Below are positions 10,452-22,012 of a stretch of 64,000 nucleotides of DNA, piece after piece (positions within the stretch are counted from its first letter, which is position 1; each line of letters starts with the position of its first letter). Made by a program: the position numbers and the translations under genes. The DNA lies in contig CAWHEP010000011.1 of the NCBI GenBank assembly GCA_963828525.1, forward strand, positions 32,001 to 96,000, written 5' to 3'. The notes beneath the pieces are model-generated. The model made no database searches. It had not been told where the DNA came from and saw only the letters and a list, made by a program, of their open reading frames with translations. This DNA is from an uncultured Verrucomicrobiae bacterium (lineage in GTDB: Bacteria > Verrucomicrobiota > Verrucomicrobiia > Chthoniobacterales > Chthoniobacteraceae).

Positions 10452-11489
10452 TTAATGGATGGCTCGCTGGCCCGCTGCAACGATTTCTCCTATCAACCCA
10501 GGACCTTTATAGATGAAGCCCGTGTAAATCTGGAGCAGGGATGCTCCCGCATCGAGCTTCTCCCGAGCGGAATCCGCATCGCCAATCCCCCCGCAAGCAA
10601 CCACAGGCAACGAAGTCGTGCTGGTGATAAAGCGCACGATCTCAGTGGAGCGTTTCCTCACAGGAGGGCCGCTCAGGCCGCCCTGCGTTCTCAGATCCGG
10701 CGGAACGCTGGAATGATCAATCGTGGTGTTCGTTGCTATGATGCCCGCGACACCATGGCGCAAGCTTGTTTCGAGGACTTGCGCGACCTGTCGATCTTCT
10801 AGATCGGGAGCGATTTTCAAGAGGACTGGTTTTGGGCAAGCGCGCGCCAGATTGCTTGCCTGGACCACCACCAGAAGTTCTTCGAGCGCTTTTTCCTCCT
10901 GCAGCGTCCGGAGACCCGGCGTGTTGGGTGAGCTGACGTTCAGCACGAAGTAATCCGCGTAAGGGAAGAGCTTCTCAAAGGAAAAGAGGTAATCCCGCGC
11001 GGCTTCCTCGACGACGGTCTTCTTCGCCTTGCCGATGTTGATACCAATTGGAATGCCCGGCCAGGAACCCTGCTGCTTCAAGGCTTCCAGACGCGCGGCA
11101 ATGGCTTCCGCCCCATCGTTGTTGAAACCCATCCGGTTGATTAGCGCGTTTTGATCGCGCAACCGGAAGAGTCTTGGCACAGGGTTTCCCGGCTGCCCTT
11201 CCGAGGTGATGGTTCCCGCCTCGACAAAGCCAAATCCAAGTGTCTCCCACGCGGGGAGCGCCACAGCATTTTTGTCAAAACCAGCGGCAAGTCCCACGCG
11301 ATTGCGGAACTTCACGCCGAAAACAGTCTGATCGCTCTGGCTGCAAGATGTCGTCAGCAACAACCGCGCCAGCGCCGCGACTCCCGGGAGCTGCAACATA
11401 CGCATCGCAAAGTGATGCGCTTGTTCAGCATCCATCCGGAACATCAGCGAGCGCAGGAGCTTCTCGTAGATCGCTTGCTTGATGCTCAT
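10452..11489 (-). CDS. pyrD: Quinone-dependent dihydroorotate dehydrogenase
   Basis: GLAAGFDKNA, INRMGFNN, NVSSPNTPGLR, KIAPDL, TNTT, GGLSG. Confidence 0.97.
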   Translation of the reverse strand: MSIKQAIYEKLLRSLMFRMDAEQAHHFAMRMLQLPGVAALARLLLTTSCSQSDQTVFGVKFRNRVGLAAGFDKNAVALPAWETLGFGFVEAGTITSEGQPGNPVPRLFRLRDQNALINRMGFNNDGAEAIAARLEALKQQGSWPGIPIGINIGKAKKTVVEEAARDYLFSFEKLFPYADYFVLNVSSPNTPGLRTLQEEKALEELLVVVQASNLARACPKPVLLKIAPDLEDRQVAQVLETSLRHGVAGIIATNTTIDHSSVPPDLRTQGGLSGPPVRKRSTEIVRFITSTTSLPVVACGGIGDADSAREKLDAGASLLQIYTGFIYKGPGLIGEIVAAGQRAIH

Positions 11490-12879
11490 TTGCCGATGCA
11501 GAACCTGCTGAAGATTGTATCCAGCAACTCCTCCGTATCAGCTTTTCCGACTACATCTCCCACGGCGTCGAGCGCTCCCCTAAGTTCGATGGCGATCAGA
11601 GCAGGCTCAAGGCCTGAAAGTAAACCGTCTCGCGCCGCGTCACAGCACGCGCGGGCGATTTCAAGGCAACTTTGATGGCGCGCGTTGATCGCCGCCATGG
11701 AGATCGGGGCCTGGGGAACGCCGCTCGTCAGGCGCGAAAAAATCGCGTCTGCCAGCGGTTCCAAGCACTCGGCTCCGACGCACGAAATACGAATGCCATC
11801 GACCCCGTTCCAGCATGGATGCTCTCCGAGGTCCTTCTTATTCACGACAAGCATCTCCTTCGACGCTGGCGGACAGGGAAGTTGCCCGCCGCAGGCCTGG
11901 CTGCCATCCACGACGTGGAGGACAAGATCAGCGGTTTCGACGCTCCTCAAACTCCTCTCGATGCCCGCCTTTTCAACCTCATCCGAGCACTCCCGCACGC
12001 CGGCGGTGTCCACGAGCCGCAGCGGAATGCCATGCAGATTGATGACCTCCTCGATCGTGTCACGAGTCGTCCCCGGCACGTGGCTCACGATTGCCCGCTC
12101 ATAGCCTAGCAGCATGTTGAGCAGACTTGATTTCCCCACGTTTGGGCTTCCGTAGATAACCAGACGAGCGCCCTCCCGAAGGATCCGGCCCTGATCCGCG
12201 GTTCCCAGAAGGCTGGTGTTCAGACCCCGTACGTCATCCAGCCTGGCGAGCAGGGCTTCGTGAGTGTCAGGATCGATGTCCTCCTCGGGAAAATCGATGT
12301 AAGCCTCCACATGCGCGAGCAGGCTCAACAGTCCCTCCCTGATCTTGCCAATCAGCTCTCCGAGGCGTCCCTCCAACTGCTCTGTCGCGGCGCGGGCAGA
12401 AAATCTGTCTGCGCCCGGATCAGATCCATCACCGCTTCCGCTTGAGTGAGGTCCATCTTTCCATTGCAGAAAGCGCGCTCCGTAAATTCGCCTGGATGGG
12501 CGAGCCGCGCGCCGCTCCTGAGGAGCAGCTGCAGGACGCGCCGAGTGACAAGGACTCCGCCATGGCAGCATATCTCCACAGTGTCTTCACCGGTGTAGCT
12601 GCGCGGGCTCCGATGCACCGACGCGACCACTTGATCTACCAGAAGGTCTCCGTCGAAGATTCCGCCGAACACCTGCCGGTGGCTTTCCGCCTTATCCAAC
12701 CTCGCGCTTCCGCGGAATACAGCGGAAGCCACAGACACCGCGCCGGAACCGCTTAGCCGCACCATGGCGATCGCGCCCTCGCCCGAGGGGGTGGAAATCG
12801 CGGCAATGGTCGATGAATCATGCGGGGAGGCGCCGCCAGACGAGCCGGAGGGCGCTTCCTTCCGCTCTGAGAGGTTCAA
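11486..12879 (-). CDS. mnmE: tRNA modification GTPase MnmE (split by one frameshift near 12400, probably a sequencing error)
   Basis: [45 protein letters not shown] in one frame; [27 protein letters not shown] in the next; one extra T in the TTTT run joins them; TTG start inferred to overlap the hisC stop. Confidence 0.95.
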
Positions 12880-13970
12880 CCTAGTTGCTCCCGCAGAGCC
12901 GTCACGAAACGCTTGTTTTGCTCCATGGTGCCAACCGAAACGCGAATCCACTCGGGAAGCTTGTACGAGGCCATCGCCCGCACGATAATTCCCTGCCTCA
13001 GCATGGACTGAAAAAGCGCGTTTCCATCGCCCACTTTTACGAGCACGAAATTGGCGAAACTCGGAACAAATTCGAGGCCCATTTGCTCAAACTGCTGTTG
13101 AAGATAATCGCGTCCCTCCCAGGTCGCTCTTCGCGTTTTCTCGACGTGCTCCTCGTCCTGCAAGCCAGCCAGGGCGCCCGCTTGCGCGATTGCGTTCGCG
13201 TTGAACGGCTGGCGTGTTTTCTGTAACACATCGATGATCTCGCTGCTGCCCAGGCCATACCCGATACGCAGCCCGGCCAGCCCTTGGATCTTTGAAAAGG
13301 TTCGCAGTATTAGGACATTCTGACGCCCTTCCCGGACATATTTCAGCGTATCTGGCGGCTCTTCCAAAAATTCATGGTAAGCCTCGTCAAAGACGACGAC
13401 GACATGATCGGGCACCCGGTCCATAAAGCGCGAAATCTCATCTTCAGAAACGAGCGTGCCAGTCGGGTTGTTTGGATTCGCGATGAAGATTTCCCGCGTC
13501 CGCGGGGTTATGGCGTCCGCCATGGCTTTCAGGTCATGCTGGAAGCGGGGATCTGGAACCTCGACCGTCCGGGCCCCGAAGAGCGTGGCCATGAGCTTGT
13601 AGACCACGAACGCGTGCTCCGCCGTGACTACTTCGTCGCCCGGCTTCAGGAATGCGTGCCCGATGAATTCGATGATCTCATTTGAGCCATTACCCAAAAT
13701 CACGTTTTCGCGCTTCAACCCAAACTTCTTCGCGATGCCCTCTCGCAGGTAGTAAGCGCCCCCGTCTGGATAGAAGTGCGCCCGTTCCAGCGCCTCCCTC
13801 ATCGCCAGCACCGCATGCGGCGAGGGGCCTAGAGGATTCTCGTTCGACGCGAGTTTGATGATGTCCGAAACTTTGAGACCAAGTTCGCGAGCGACATCTT
13901 CGATCGGTTTGCCTGTCTCGTACGTGACAAGTTCACGGAGCTGTGTGTTTGCGCTGTCCCAGATAGACAT
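12876..13970 (-). CDS. hisC: Histidinol-phosphate aminotransferase
   Basis: [43 protein letters not shown]. Confidence 0.96.
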   Translation of the reverse strand: MSIWDSANTQLRELVTYETGKPIEDVARELGLKVSDIIKLASNENPLGPSPHAVLAMREALERAHFYPDGGAYYLREGIAKKFGLKRENVILGNGSNEIIEFIGHAFLKPGDEVVTAEHAFVVYKLMATLFGARTVEVPDPRFQHDLKAMADAITPRTREIFIANPNNPTGTLVSEDEISRFMDRVPDHVVVVFDEAYHEFLEEPPDTLKYVREGRQNVLILRTFSKIQGLAGLRIGYGLGSSEIIDVLQKTRQPFNANAIAQAGALAGLQDEEHVEKTRRATWEGRDYLQQQFEQMGLEFVPSFANFVLVKVGDGNALFQSMLRQGIIVRAMASYKLPEWIRVSVGTMEQNKRFVTALREQLG

Positions 13971-14040
13971 CCCCCCATTAAAGCGCAGGCGGGAAGAAAT
14001 GCCAGAAGGTTGCGCCTGCCTTGCGAGCGGGCGGCGTCTT

Positions 14041-15393
14041 TCAGAAATGATATGTGGTAACGAAGGAGACTGCCTGTACGCCGACAGTCGTCGTGGTCTG
14101 ATTTAGCTCCCCGGAACGCAAACCGCTTATTCCCACGCTTCGGGTCGCCGGGATGTCCCACTCGTATCCGAGATCAAAATCAAACTGTCTCCAGCGATAG
14201 CCAGCGCCGGCTGTGAGAGTGTGTTCGGTGATGACCGCCGTCAGGGGTGAAAGGGTCTCAGTGGGGACGGGACTCGCGCCGTAGGAGTAGCCACCCCGCA
14301 GTGTCACGTCTTTGGTGAGCGAATACTCCAGGCCGGTTCGATAAACGAACCGGTCTTTCCAGTGGAGGGGGATGTCGTCCTCCAGCGGTTTGGAGCCAAG
14401 GAAGTTATTCAAGTCGCGGTTGTTTCCGTCCTTGAGTTTGACAGCCAGGTTGTTGAAAGAATTATGCCAGTCGATCCAGTCAACCTGGGCCGCGAGCCTG
14501 ACTTTTGAGCAGCACTTCCAGGAGACGCCTGCTGAGACCTCCTGGGGAAAACTGTTGTCCACCTCGGCGTCGTAATGGAACGTCGGTTGTACGCTCGCGA
14601 ACCCTCCTCCCAGCGAGCGCAACTGGGCGCCGGCATCTCCATTCGCGTCGCCGTGGGTGTGAATGACTGTCTCGCTTCTGTATGCGACGCCGAGCTGCAC
14701 CGAGTCCACGGGACGGTAGATCAGGCCAGTGGTCGCGTTCCAGCCCCAGCCATCCGTATCGAGATCCAGCAGGGTTTTGAAGCCTGCGATCTGGCGCTGG
14801 GTCTGGAAGACGTAGGGCGCGTCCAAGGCGTTTTTGTTGTAGCTGAGACCCACGGTGGCTCCGATGAAGAGCTTTGAAGTCACGGCAACGCTCATGCCTG
14901 CCGCGAACCGCAGCAACTCGATCTCCGAACGGCTTCTCTGGATTCCGTATGTGGTCTTCCCATCCAAACCGCCTGGAGGGTCGCGGAACACGAAGTTCGC
15001 TCCCAAAAAGGCGTCCGGGATTATCCCCAATCCAAAGCTGAACGGTGAGGTACCAAGCCGGGCGCCAAAAGCGGCATCGGGGCCAAACGTTCCATTTTCG
15101 TCCAGATTCGCGTTCCGTTGCTCCTTGTTCGAGAAGCTGCCGTAAGGAAACACGCCTGTCGCGCCTATCTCCGCTGCAGGGCGATCCAGGGACGAAAGGC
15201 CAGCCGGGTTTAACCCCAGCGCGCCCAGCGGATCCTGGCTCCATGCGACATCCGCGCCTCCAAGTGACATGGCTCGGGGGCCAGCCCCGTTCGAGTAGAT
15301 GCCGTTTGCCAAACAATGGTGGCTGACAGTGAGAGCAAGGATGAGCGCGCCGGGAACATGGGCGCAAAGTCCAGGGAGGATTTTCTTAAACAT
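14041..15393 (-). CDS. OmpP1/FadL/TodX family outer-membrane transporter
   Basis: Signal peptide from MFKKIL, GPRAMSLGGA, NPAGL hatch motif, LRGGYSY, terminal Phe (TYHF). Confidence 0.9.
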   Translation of the reverse strand: MFKKILPGLCAHVPGALILALTVSHHCLANGIYSNGAGPRAMSLGGADVAWSQDPLGALGLNPAGLSSLDRPAAEIGATGVFPYGSFSNKEQRNANLDENGTFGPDAAFGARLGTSPFSFGLGIIPDAFLGANFVFRDPPGGLDGKTTYGIQRSRSEIELLRFAAGMSVAVTSKLFIGATVGLSYNKNALDAPYVFQTQRQIAGFKTLLDLDTDGWGWNATTGLIYRPVDSVQLGVAYRSETVIHTHGDANGDAGAQLRSLGGGFASVQPTFHYDAEVDNSFPQEVSAGVSWKCCSKVRLAAQVDWIDWHNSFNNLAVKLKDGNNRDLNNFLGSKPLEDDIPLHWKDRFVYRTGLEYSLTKDVTLRGGYSYGASPVPTETLSPLTAVITEHTLTAGAGYRWRQFDFDLGYEWDIPATRSVGISGLRSGELNQTTTTVGVQAVSFVTTYHF

Positions 15394-15502
15394 GAGAGAT
15401 TTAATGAAGCCTTTTCCGTGCCCGCTTTTCAACGAAGTATTTCGCGAGCCTGAAGGCTGGAAAAGCGCATGTCTGTTCCATAGGATGCCCCGCGAGATGC
15501 GG

Positions 15503-16286
15503 ATGACGGAAGAACTCAATAAGGACAGGCTCTCATCCGGGAGGCCGAGAGCAAGCCTTGCTACTCTCTTGCGAGAAGCTGATTCCCACCTCCCAGCCTA
15601 CCTTGAGGCGGTAAACGGCATGACGCGGGAGACCGAGCGGAAAGGAATCTGCGTCAGTGAGATGTTTTTCTTCTACGCGGTGGTAAAGCCGATGGCCCCG
15701 CGGCAGATAATCGAGTCAGGCCGGGCGCGCGGCGAGAGCACGCTTGCGCTCGCTCGTTGTTTCCCCGGAGTGCCGATCACCAGCATTGAGTACCGATGAG
15801 CAGTCACCCGACGCGCCGATCGCGAACGAGAAGCTGGCGCCTTATCCAAATCTGAGGTGTCTTTTCGGGGATTCACGCAAAGTGATCCCGCCAATCCTGG
15901 AGGATGGAGCGGCCGTGCTGATCGATGGGCCAAAGGAATTCCGCGCCCTTAAACTGGCTTTGAAGCTCTTGGGCACAGGGAAGCCGGGAGTGGTCTTTCT
16001 CCACGATTTCATGGCGGGCCGCGCGGAACGGACTTTCCTGGAGCGGCATTGGCCGGGAGCGTTCTTTAGCGATCACCCGGATATTCTGGAACGCTTCAGC
16101 CGCTTGGATGATGACGGAAGCGGCTCCGACAAATGGCGGCGTCCCCGGCATTCGACATTCGCCTGCCTGCCAGCAGGGTTACCGGCCGCTTATTGGATTC
16201 TCTGGTTAAAGATTGTCCACGCCCGCAACCTTTCGCTTGCGCCGGAGAAGTTGGGCGGCTTCATGCGGCGGTTTGTTAGAAAATGA
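15503..16286 (+). CDS. Methyltransferase-fold hypothetical protein (frameshift near 15792)
   Basis: IIESGRARGEST then (next frame) LFGDS, VLIDGPK, FLHD; removing one C joins SIEY-DEQSPD. Confidence 0.7.
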
Positions 16287-16436
16287 TGGGATTCGTCTCT
16301 TCCAAACCCTTAATCTCAAATTGCCTGAGAGCGGTCGCTGACTTCGGCCCCTCCCTCCCGATCGCGACCAAGTCAGCTCATTGACACATTTTTCTCAGCA
16401 ACCGCCTGATCCAACCCAGAGTTCAACCAGCCAAGC

Positions 16437-18704
16437 ATGTCCCACTTCCCCCATTCCATCGTCACGATCGCAGCCGCTCTGCTCGCTTCCAGCGCCTGTG
16501 CGGCGCCGCCGCTCCCGTACCCCGACGCGTTGGCGGCCGCCGCGGTTTCGGAAAGCAAGATCTCGGACATTGCCAAGTTCGGATTGGTCGTCGGCAATGG
16601 CGAGCTGAACGCCGTCATTTATTCCGATTCCGCCGACAACGATCTGCGCCTGCGGATCAACAAGAATGACTGCTGGGACATGCGGATAGACACGCAGGAC
16701 GATCCGCCGCTGCCGCTGGTCGATGTCACAACCGGCAAGGCGGTGGGTCACGGGGACGCTGGCAGTTGGAAGCATCCGTACCCGACGGCGCTGCCGGTCG
16801 CGGAGGCGGTGCTGGGCGCGGATGGCCAGACGGAGGTGACCGGCGCCACATTGGACCTCGCGCGGGCCGTCGCCACGATCAAGACCGCGCAGGAGACCGC
16901 CGAAGTGCGTGTGCTGGCGCAGAGCAACGTCATCTTGATCCACTCAAAACGGCCGGTCTCGTTCATCGGCGACCAGGACCTCCTGCGGGCCAAGAAGCCG
17001 AGGCCGAACAGCATCCCGATCGAGAGCTGGGTCAGCAAGGCGGACGAGGGCGCGCAAGGCGGTTACCGTTATCTGCACCAGAATATCCCAGGCGATGAAG
17101 ACGCGAGCGGCATGGACCTCTATGTGGTTGCGGGTCGGAAAGGCGATTTGCAGGCGATCGCCGTGACCACCTCGCGCGACTCGGCGCATCCACTCCCCGA
17201 TGCGGTCGCCCTTGTTGCCTCCACGCTAAACAACGCCAGCGCCGTCCCCCAGCACGAAGCCGCGTGGCAGGATTTCTGGTCGAAGAGCGGCGTCGAACTC
17301 GGTGACAAGCAGTTGCAAAACTGGTGGTACCGCATGCTCTACTTCAACCGCGCCTTTGCGCGCGGGAACGGCAACACGGTGGGCCTTGCCGCCTGTTTCC
17401 CGGGCTTGGCAGGCTGGCATAATTCACTGAAGCTAAACTATAACATCCAGCAAACCTACCTGGGCGCCGCGCCGCTGAATCACCCTGAAATGGTGGAGCC
17501 TTTCATCGACGCGCTCAACCGCAACCTGCCGCGCGCAGAGTGGTTCGCCCGGACCAGTTTCGTCGGCGCGGAAGGCGCTTTCTTCCACAGCGATATGTGG
17601 CCGTTCGAGCCCAACCCAGCTCTGTGCAAGACGCCATACAAGCATCAGCAGACGTATATGCCTTATGGCTACTCGTGGGGCATGGCAGGGCAGTCGGCTG
17701 TCGTGCTGTGGGATTATTATAAGTCTGCCCCCACGCCGGCGCATCTAGATCGCGTGTACGCGTTGATCCGCGATTTCGGCGTGTTTTATTGTTCGCTGTT
17801 GGAAAAGTGTCCGCTCGCAGACGGCAAGCGCAAGATGGGACCGAGCTACTTCCCGGAATTGGGTAAGTATGATGAGTTCAACGTCTGCTATGACATTAGC
17901 TACGTCACCGCCGGGCTGCGGATCGCGCGGGAGGCCGCGACGTTAAAGCACGACGCCGCGCTCATCAAGCGCATCGACGCGGTCATTGATCAAGTCCCGA
18001 CCTACGGCACGCAACCAGACCCGGATCAGAATGGGCAGACGGTGATCGAACCGTGGCTGGGCGCGAAGTTCAAAGTGGGTGCCGACCGGCACGCCACGAT
18101 GGCGCAAGGCATTTTCCCAGCGGGGATCATCAATTGGTTCTCCAGCCCCGATCTGAAGGGCCTCGGCGTTCGCACAATCAACCGCGTGGAGCGAAGCACC
18201 ACGCACGCCAACTCCAACGTCACCATCAACGTCTGCCGCGCGCGGCTCGGCCTGACGGACGAAGCCATCGCGAACGCGAAGATGTGTTTCTCGGCGGACA
18301 GCAAATACTCCCGCGAACTCCCGAACGGCCTCTTTTATTGGGCGGGGCACGGCTTCTATATCTCGGAGCAGGTGGCAGTCGCCCGCTTTGTCAATGAACT
18401 TCTGTTGCAAAGTGTCGCCGACACCATCCGCGTCTTTCCCGCGTGGCCGGCGGCGAGCGATGCCCGCTTTAATGATCTGCTCGCCTACGGCGGCTTCGAG
18501 GTATCGGCCGAGCAAACGAGCGGGAAAATTGCGAACGTGCGGATTACCTCCACCGTTGGTGGCCTGGTTAAGATGGTGAGCCCTTGGACCGGCGCCTTCC
18601 GCGTCGTGGCGCAAGGTGGCGGGGAGGCCGTTCCCGTTACGACAACCAACGGCGTCTCATCTTTCGCCACTAATGCCGGTCAGACTTACCGGCTGGAACC
18701 GTAG
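16437..18704 (+). CDS. Secreted glycoside hydrolase, GH95-like (six-hairpin)
   Basis: Signal peptide; VGNGEL, HEAAWQDFWSKS, LNYNIQQTY, ELLLQS..IRVFPAWP, LLAYGGFEVSA. Confidence 0.8.
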   Translation: MSHFPHSIVTIAAALLASSACAAPPLPYPDALAAAAVSESKISDIAKFGLVVGNGELNAVIYSDSADNDLRLRINKNDCWDMRIDTQDDPPLPLVDVTTGKAVGHGDAGSWKHPYPTALPVAEAVLGADGQTEVTGATLDLARAVATIKTAQETAEVRVLAQSNVILIHSKRPVSFIGDQDLLRAKKPRPNSIPIESWVSKADEGAQGGYRYLHQNIPGDEDASGMDLYVVAGRKGDLQAIAVTTSRDSAHPLPDAVALVASTLNNASAVPQHEAAWQDFWSKSGVELGDKQLQNWWYRMLYFNRAFARGNGNTVGLAACFPGLAGWHNSLKLNYNIQQTYLGAAPLNHPEMVEPFIDALNRNLPRAEWFARTSFVGAEGAFFHSDMWPFEPNPALCKTPYKHQQTYMPYGYSWGMAGQSAVVLWDYYKSAPTPAHLDRVYALIRDFGVFYCSLLEKCPLADGKRKMGPSYFPELGKYDEFNVCYDISYVTAGLRIAREAATLKHDAALIKRIDAVIDQVPTYGTQPDPDQNGQTVIEPWLGAKFKVGADRHATMAQGIFPAGIINWFSSPDLKGLGVRTINRVERSTTHANSNVTINVCRARLGLTDEAIANAKMCFSADSKYSRELPNGLFYWAGHGFYISEQVAVARFVNELLLQSVADTIRVFPAWPAASDARFNDLLAYGGFEVSAEQTSGKIANVRITSTVGGLVKMVSPWTGAFRVVAQGGGEAVPVTTTNGVSSFATNAGQTYRLEP

Positions 18705-18720
18705 ATTGACAGAAATCCTT

Positions 18721-19374
<654 letters not shown>

Positions 19375-19403
19375 CTATCTGCGTAAACAAGTTCCGTGGC
19401 TGC

Positions 19404-20180
19404 CTACTCTTTGATCTCGCGGCGTATCTGCCGGACGTCCGGCATCTCGGCGAGCTGCGAAAGAAACTCGCGGTGGTGAGGATGCGCGAAACAGTAGTTG
19501 ATCTCCAATGTCTCCCGTCCTGCCGCGGCGTCGGCCTCTGTCTTGCGTCTTTCCGGAGAAACGTAGTAGGCGTCGAGGACTTCCTCGATTTTGATCGAAG
19601 CTTTGCCGCCGTCGCAATCGTAAGTGACGCGGACGCTGCCGTACTTGCACGGGCCGAAGTAGCGTTGCTCAAAGGCAGAAATCACCGTGAGTATGGCGAG
19701 GATGAGAAGGCTTAGCGCGAGCCCTCCCACAGCGTAGCCCGTCCCCACCAGCATCCCGGTCGCCGCCATGATCCAGATCGTCGCGGCGCTCGTCAGTCCG
19801 GCGACTCCGAATCTTCCTCGCAGAATCACGCCCGCGCCGAGAAATCCGATCCCGGACACGATTTGCGCGGCGATCCTCCCGACGTCGGTCTTTACTCCAG
19901 CCGCATTTATCGCGGCCGCCGGGCCAAATGAAATCATGGTGAAAACTGCCGAACCCACACATACCAGAGTCAGAGTTCGAGTGCCGGTTGGCTTCCCCTT
20001 TTTCTCGCGCTCCGCGCCGACGATGGCCCCGCAGAACACGGCGGTCACTGCCAGCGCGATGCTTGACCAGGGGCTTGGCAGCAAGTCGTTCCAATTGCCG
20101 CAGAGCCAGGTCGTGATCGAATTCCGCAAGGCCCAGGAGCCGTATGGCGTAAGGAAGGAGTTCTGAAGGAATGCCAGCAT
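19404..20180 (-). CDS. MgtC/SapB family protein
   Basis: GAERE..KPTGTRT, RIAAQIVSGIGFLGAG, GLTSAATIW. Confidence 0.95.
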   Translation of the reverse strand: MLAFLQNSFLTPYGSWALRNSITTWLCGNWNDLLPSPWSSIALAVTAVFCGAIVGAEREKKGKPTGTRTLTLVCVGSAVFTMISFGPAAAINAAGVKTDVGRIAAQIVSGIGFLGAGVILRGRFGVAGLTSAATIWIMAATGMLVGTGYAVGGLALSLLILAILTVISAFEQRYFGPCKYGSVRVTYDCDGGKASIKIEEVLDAYYVSPERRKTEADAAAGRETLEINYCFAHPHHREFLSQLAEMPDVRQIRREIKE

Positions 20181-20260
20181 CCCCCGTTTCCTACCCGAAA
20201 AGCCTGCGGAGTTCGATCATCCTTTTGAGCAATCCCGCATTGCGTTATCTAGAGACGCTG

Positions 20261-21838
20261 TCAGGTCTTCATCCGCCGGTAGCGCGCGCTGAAGAGCCAG
20301 CCGAGGAGGAGAGGCAAGATCCAGACCAAGTTGAGCCAGATTCCGTTTCGCTGCAGCGCTTCCATGGCTCTAAAGAAAAAGCTCGACTCGACGAGTCGCG
20401 CGGAGGGGCCGTTCGCTATTGCGGCGGCGCGGGCAAGCCCGCCCGCGGCGAAGTCATGACCCAGCGCGATCCCGCCGACCGCCGCGCGCCAGGCGAGGGC
20501 GCATCCCCCAAACGCCTTCCAGCCGACAGCCAAACCTCCGAACGCCCAAGCGCCCAAGGCTGCGCCACCCATCGCGAAAACGCCCAGCGAAGCGGCGCCC
20601 CATGACACAAGTCCCACGGAGCACGCGCCCAAGCTTACGGGCGCCACCGCGATGCTGCCGAAGGCGAACAGTCCGCCGAAGGCCGGGCTGCCTACGGCGA
20701 TCCATGCTGTAACCGGTTTGCTCATGGCGGGAGAATCCCCGAGCCGGATGTGCAGCAAAGGCAGGCCCAGCCACAGCGCTCCGCTGCGATATTCCCAAGC
20801 GTAGGCACTGTTTGCGTCCGCTTCGGCGGCGAACTTCGCTCGCGCCCGGTTGCTCCACACAATCAACCTTAGCAATGCGAATACAAAAATGACTATCAGC
20901 ACCAGCAGCGCCCCGGTGATGAGGCTTGGGCGCGCGAGTTTCGAGTGGATACTAAAGAAGATGATGGCCGCCAGAGCGCCGCAGAACATGGCAACCAGCA
21001 GCACCGCTCGCGTATAGAGAGTCGTCACGAACCTGCGCTCCTTCTCCGAACGCGCGGTTCTGAGGTTCAGGCGATAACTCAGCCAGAGGCCAAACCCGGG
21101 TATTCCGAATGTCAGCGCGGAACCCAGGAAGCCCGCTGTGGTCGCCGTTTTTGACGCGCAGCCGACGCCCAGGCTCGCTGCCCTCGCCGACATCGATAGA
21201 ACGGGAATCCCTGCCAGCACTCCCAGTGTAAAAGCCTTGCCGGGGCCGCTTCTCAGAAGCGCGGACTCCACACTCTTGAGCACTCGCGCGTTGAGCATGG
21301 ATCGTCCTCTAGCGAGTCGCTGGCGCGCCGCTTCCTCCGAGAGGTTCAGGGTTGCGGCCAGCGAACGGGTGGATTGAGAATCGCGGTAGAAAAGCACCAG
21401 CGGCTCGCGGTATTCGGCCGGCATCGTTTCAAGTGCGCCCCAAACAAGGCGCTCCTCTTCCTTGCTCATCGCGGCCTCGCGCGGATTGGAGGCAAGTGAA
21501 CAAAGTTCAGCCTCAAGAGGAACAGCGAACGCGGTAGGTGTGCGGTGTTCCTTCCGCTGAGAGTTATTGATCAGGTTCCGGGCGATCCCGCATAACCAGC
21601 TCTTCAGCTTTGCTGGTTCCTTTAGCTCACAGAGGTTCTTCCAAGCCGCGAGAAAAGTCTCCTGCGCGATGTCTTCGCTGCGGCTGATGTTTCCACAGGC
21701 GCTGTATGAGATCGCGCAAATGATCGATTGGTACCTGGCTACAATCGCGCCGAATGCCTCGCGGTTTCCTCGCAGGCACAGTTCAACCAGTTCGGAATCG
21801 CCAGCGGAGTCGTGTTTAAGAAGGTTTTCCATATTCAC
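20261..21838 (-). CDS. ECF sigma factor with long C-terminal membrane / Gly-rich extension (525 aa)
   Basis: Sigma2 (SEDIAQETFLAAW, LKSWLCGIARN) and sigma4 (YREPLVLFY, AARQRLARGR), then TM helices and GxxAxG repeats. Confidence 0.92.
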   Translation of the reverse strand: MNMENLLKHDSAGDSELVELCLRGNREAFGAIVARYQSIICAISYSACGNISRSEDIAQETFLAAWKNLCELKEPAKLKSWLCGIARNLINNSQRKEHRTPTAFAVPLEAELCSLASNPREAAMSKEEERLVWGALETMPAEYREPLVLFYRDSQSTRSLAATLNLSEEAARQRLARGRSMLNARVLKSVESALLRSGPGKAFTLGVLAGIPVLSMSARAASLGVGCASKTATTAGFLGSALTFGIPGFGLWLSYRLNLRTARSEKERRFVTTLYTRAVLLVAMFCGALAAIIFFSIHSKLARPSLITGALLVLIVIFVFALLRLIVWSNRARAKFAAEADANSAYAWEYRSGALWLGLPLLHIRLGDSPAMSKPVTAWIAVGSPAFGGLFAFGSIAVAPVSLGACSVGLVSWGAASLGVFAMGGAALGAWAFGGLAVGWKAFGGCALAWRAAVGGIALGHDFAAGGLARAAAIANGPSARLVESSFFFRAMEALQRNGIWLNLVWILPLLLGWLFSARYRRMKT

Positions 21839-21844
21839 AACCGA

Positions 21845-21871
21845 AGTGGTTGCTCAAAGAGGAACGTGACA
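21845..21871 (-). promoter_or_regulatory. Possible autoregulatory ECF promoter (TGTCAC-N16-CCACT)
   Basis: On the minus strand TGTCAC gttcctctttgagcaa CCACT ends 6 nt before the GTG start of the ECF gene; single instance. Confidence 0.3.
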
Positions 21872-22012
21872 GGATTCTTGCGACTCCGCCCGTTTTTTGA
21901 GTCGCCCGCCCCTTGTCGCTCTTGTCACAGCCTATGTGCTATAAGGGGGCCGCCGCGCAAATGCATGATCCGTTGAGTTGATGTTTATTGCGATGGCAGG
22001 CAGGGTGGGCAG

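Noticed and set aside
12380..12420. Programmed ribosomal frameshift in mnmE
   Set aside because: No canonical slippery heptamer or stimulatory structure; fits the window-wide homopolymer indel pattern
16320..16430. TPP riboswitch (CTGAGA ... CCTGATC)
   Set aside because: Lacks the conserved TAATG/AGCG elements and spacing; the downstream gene is not thiamine related
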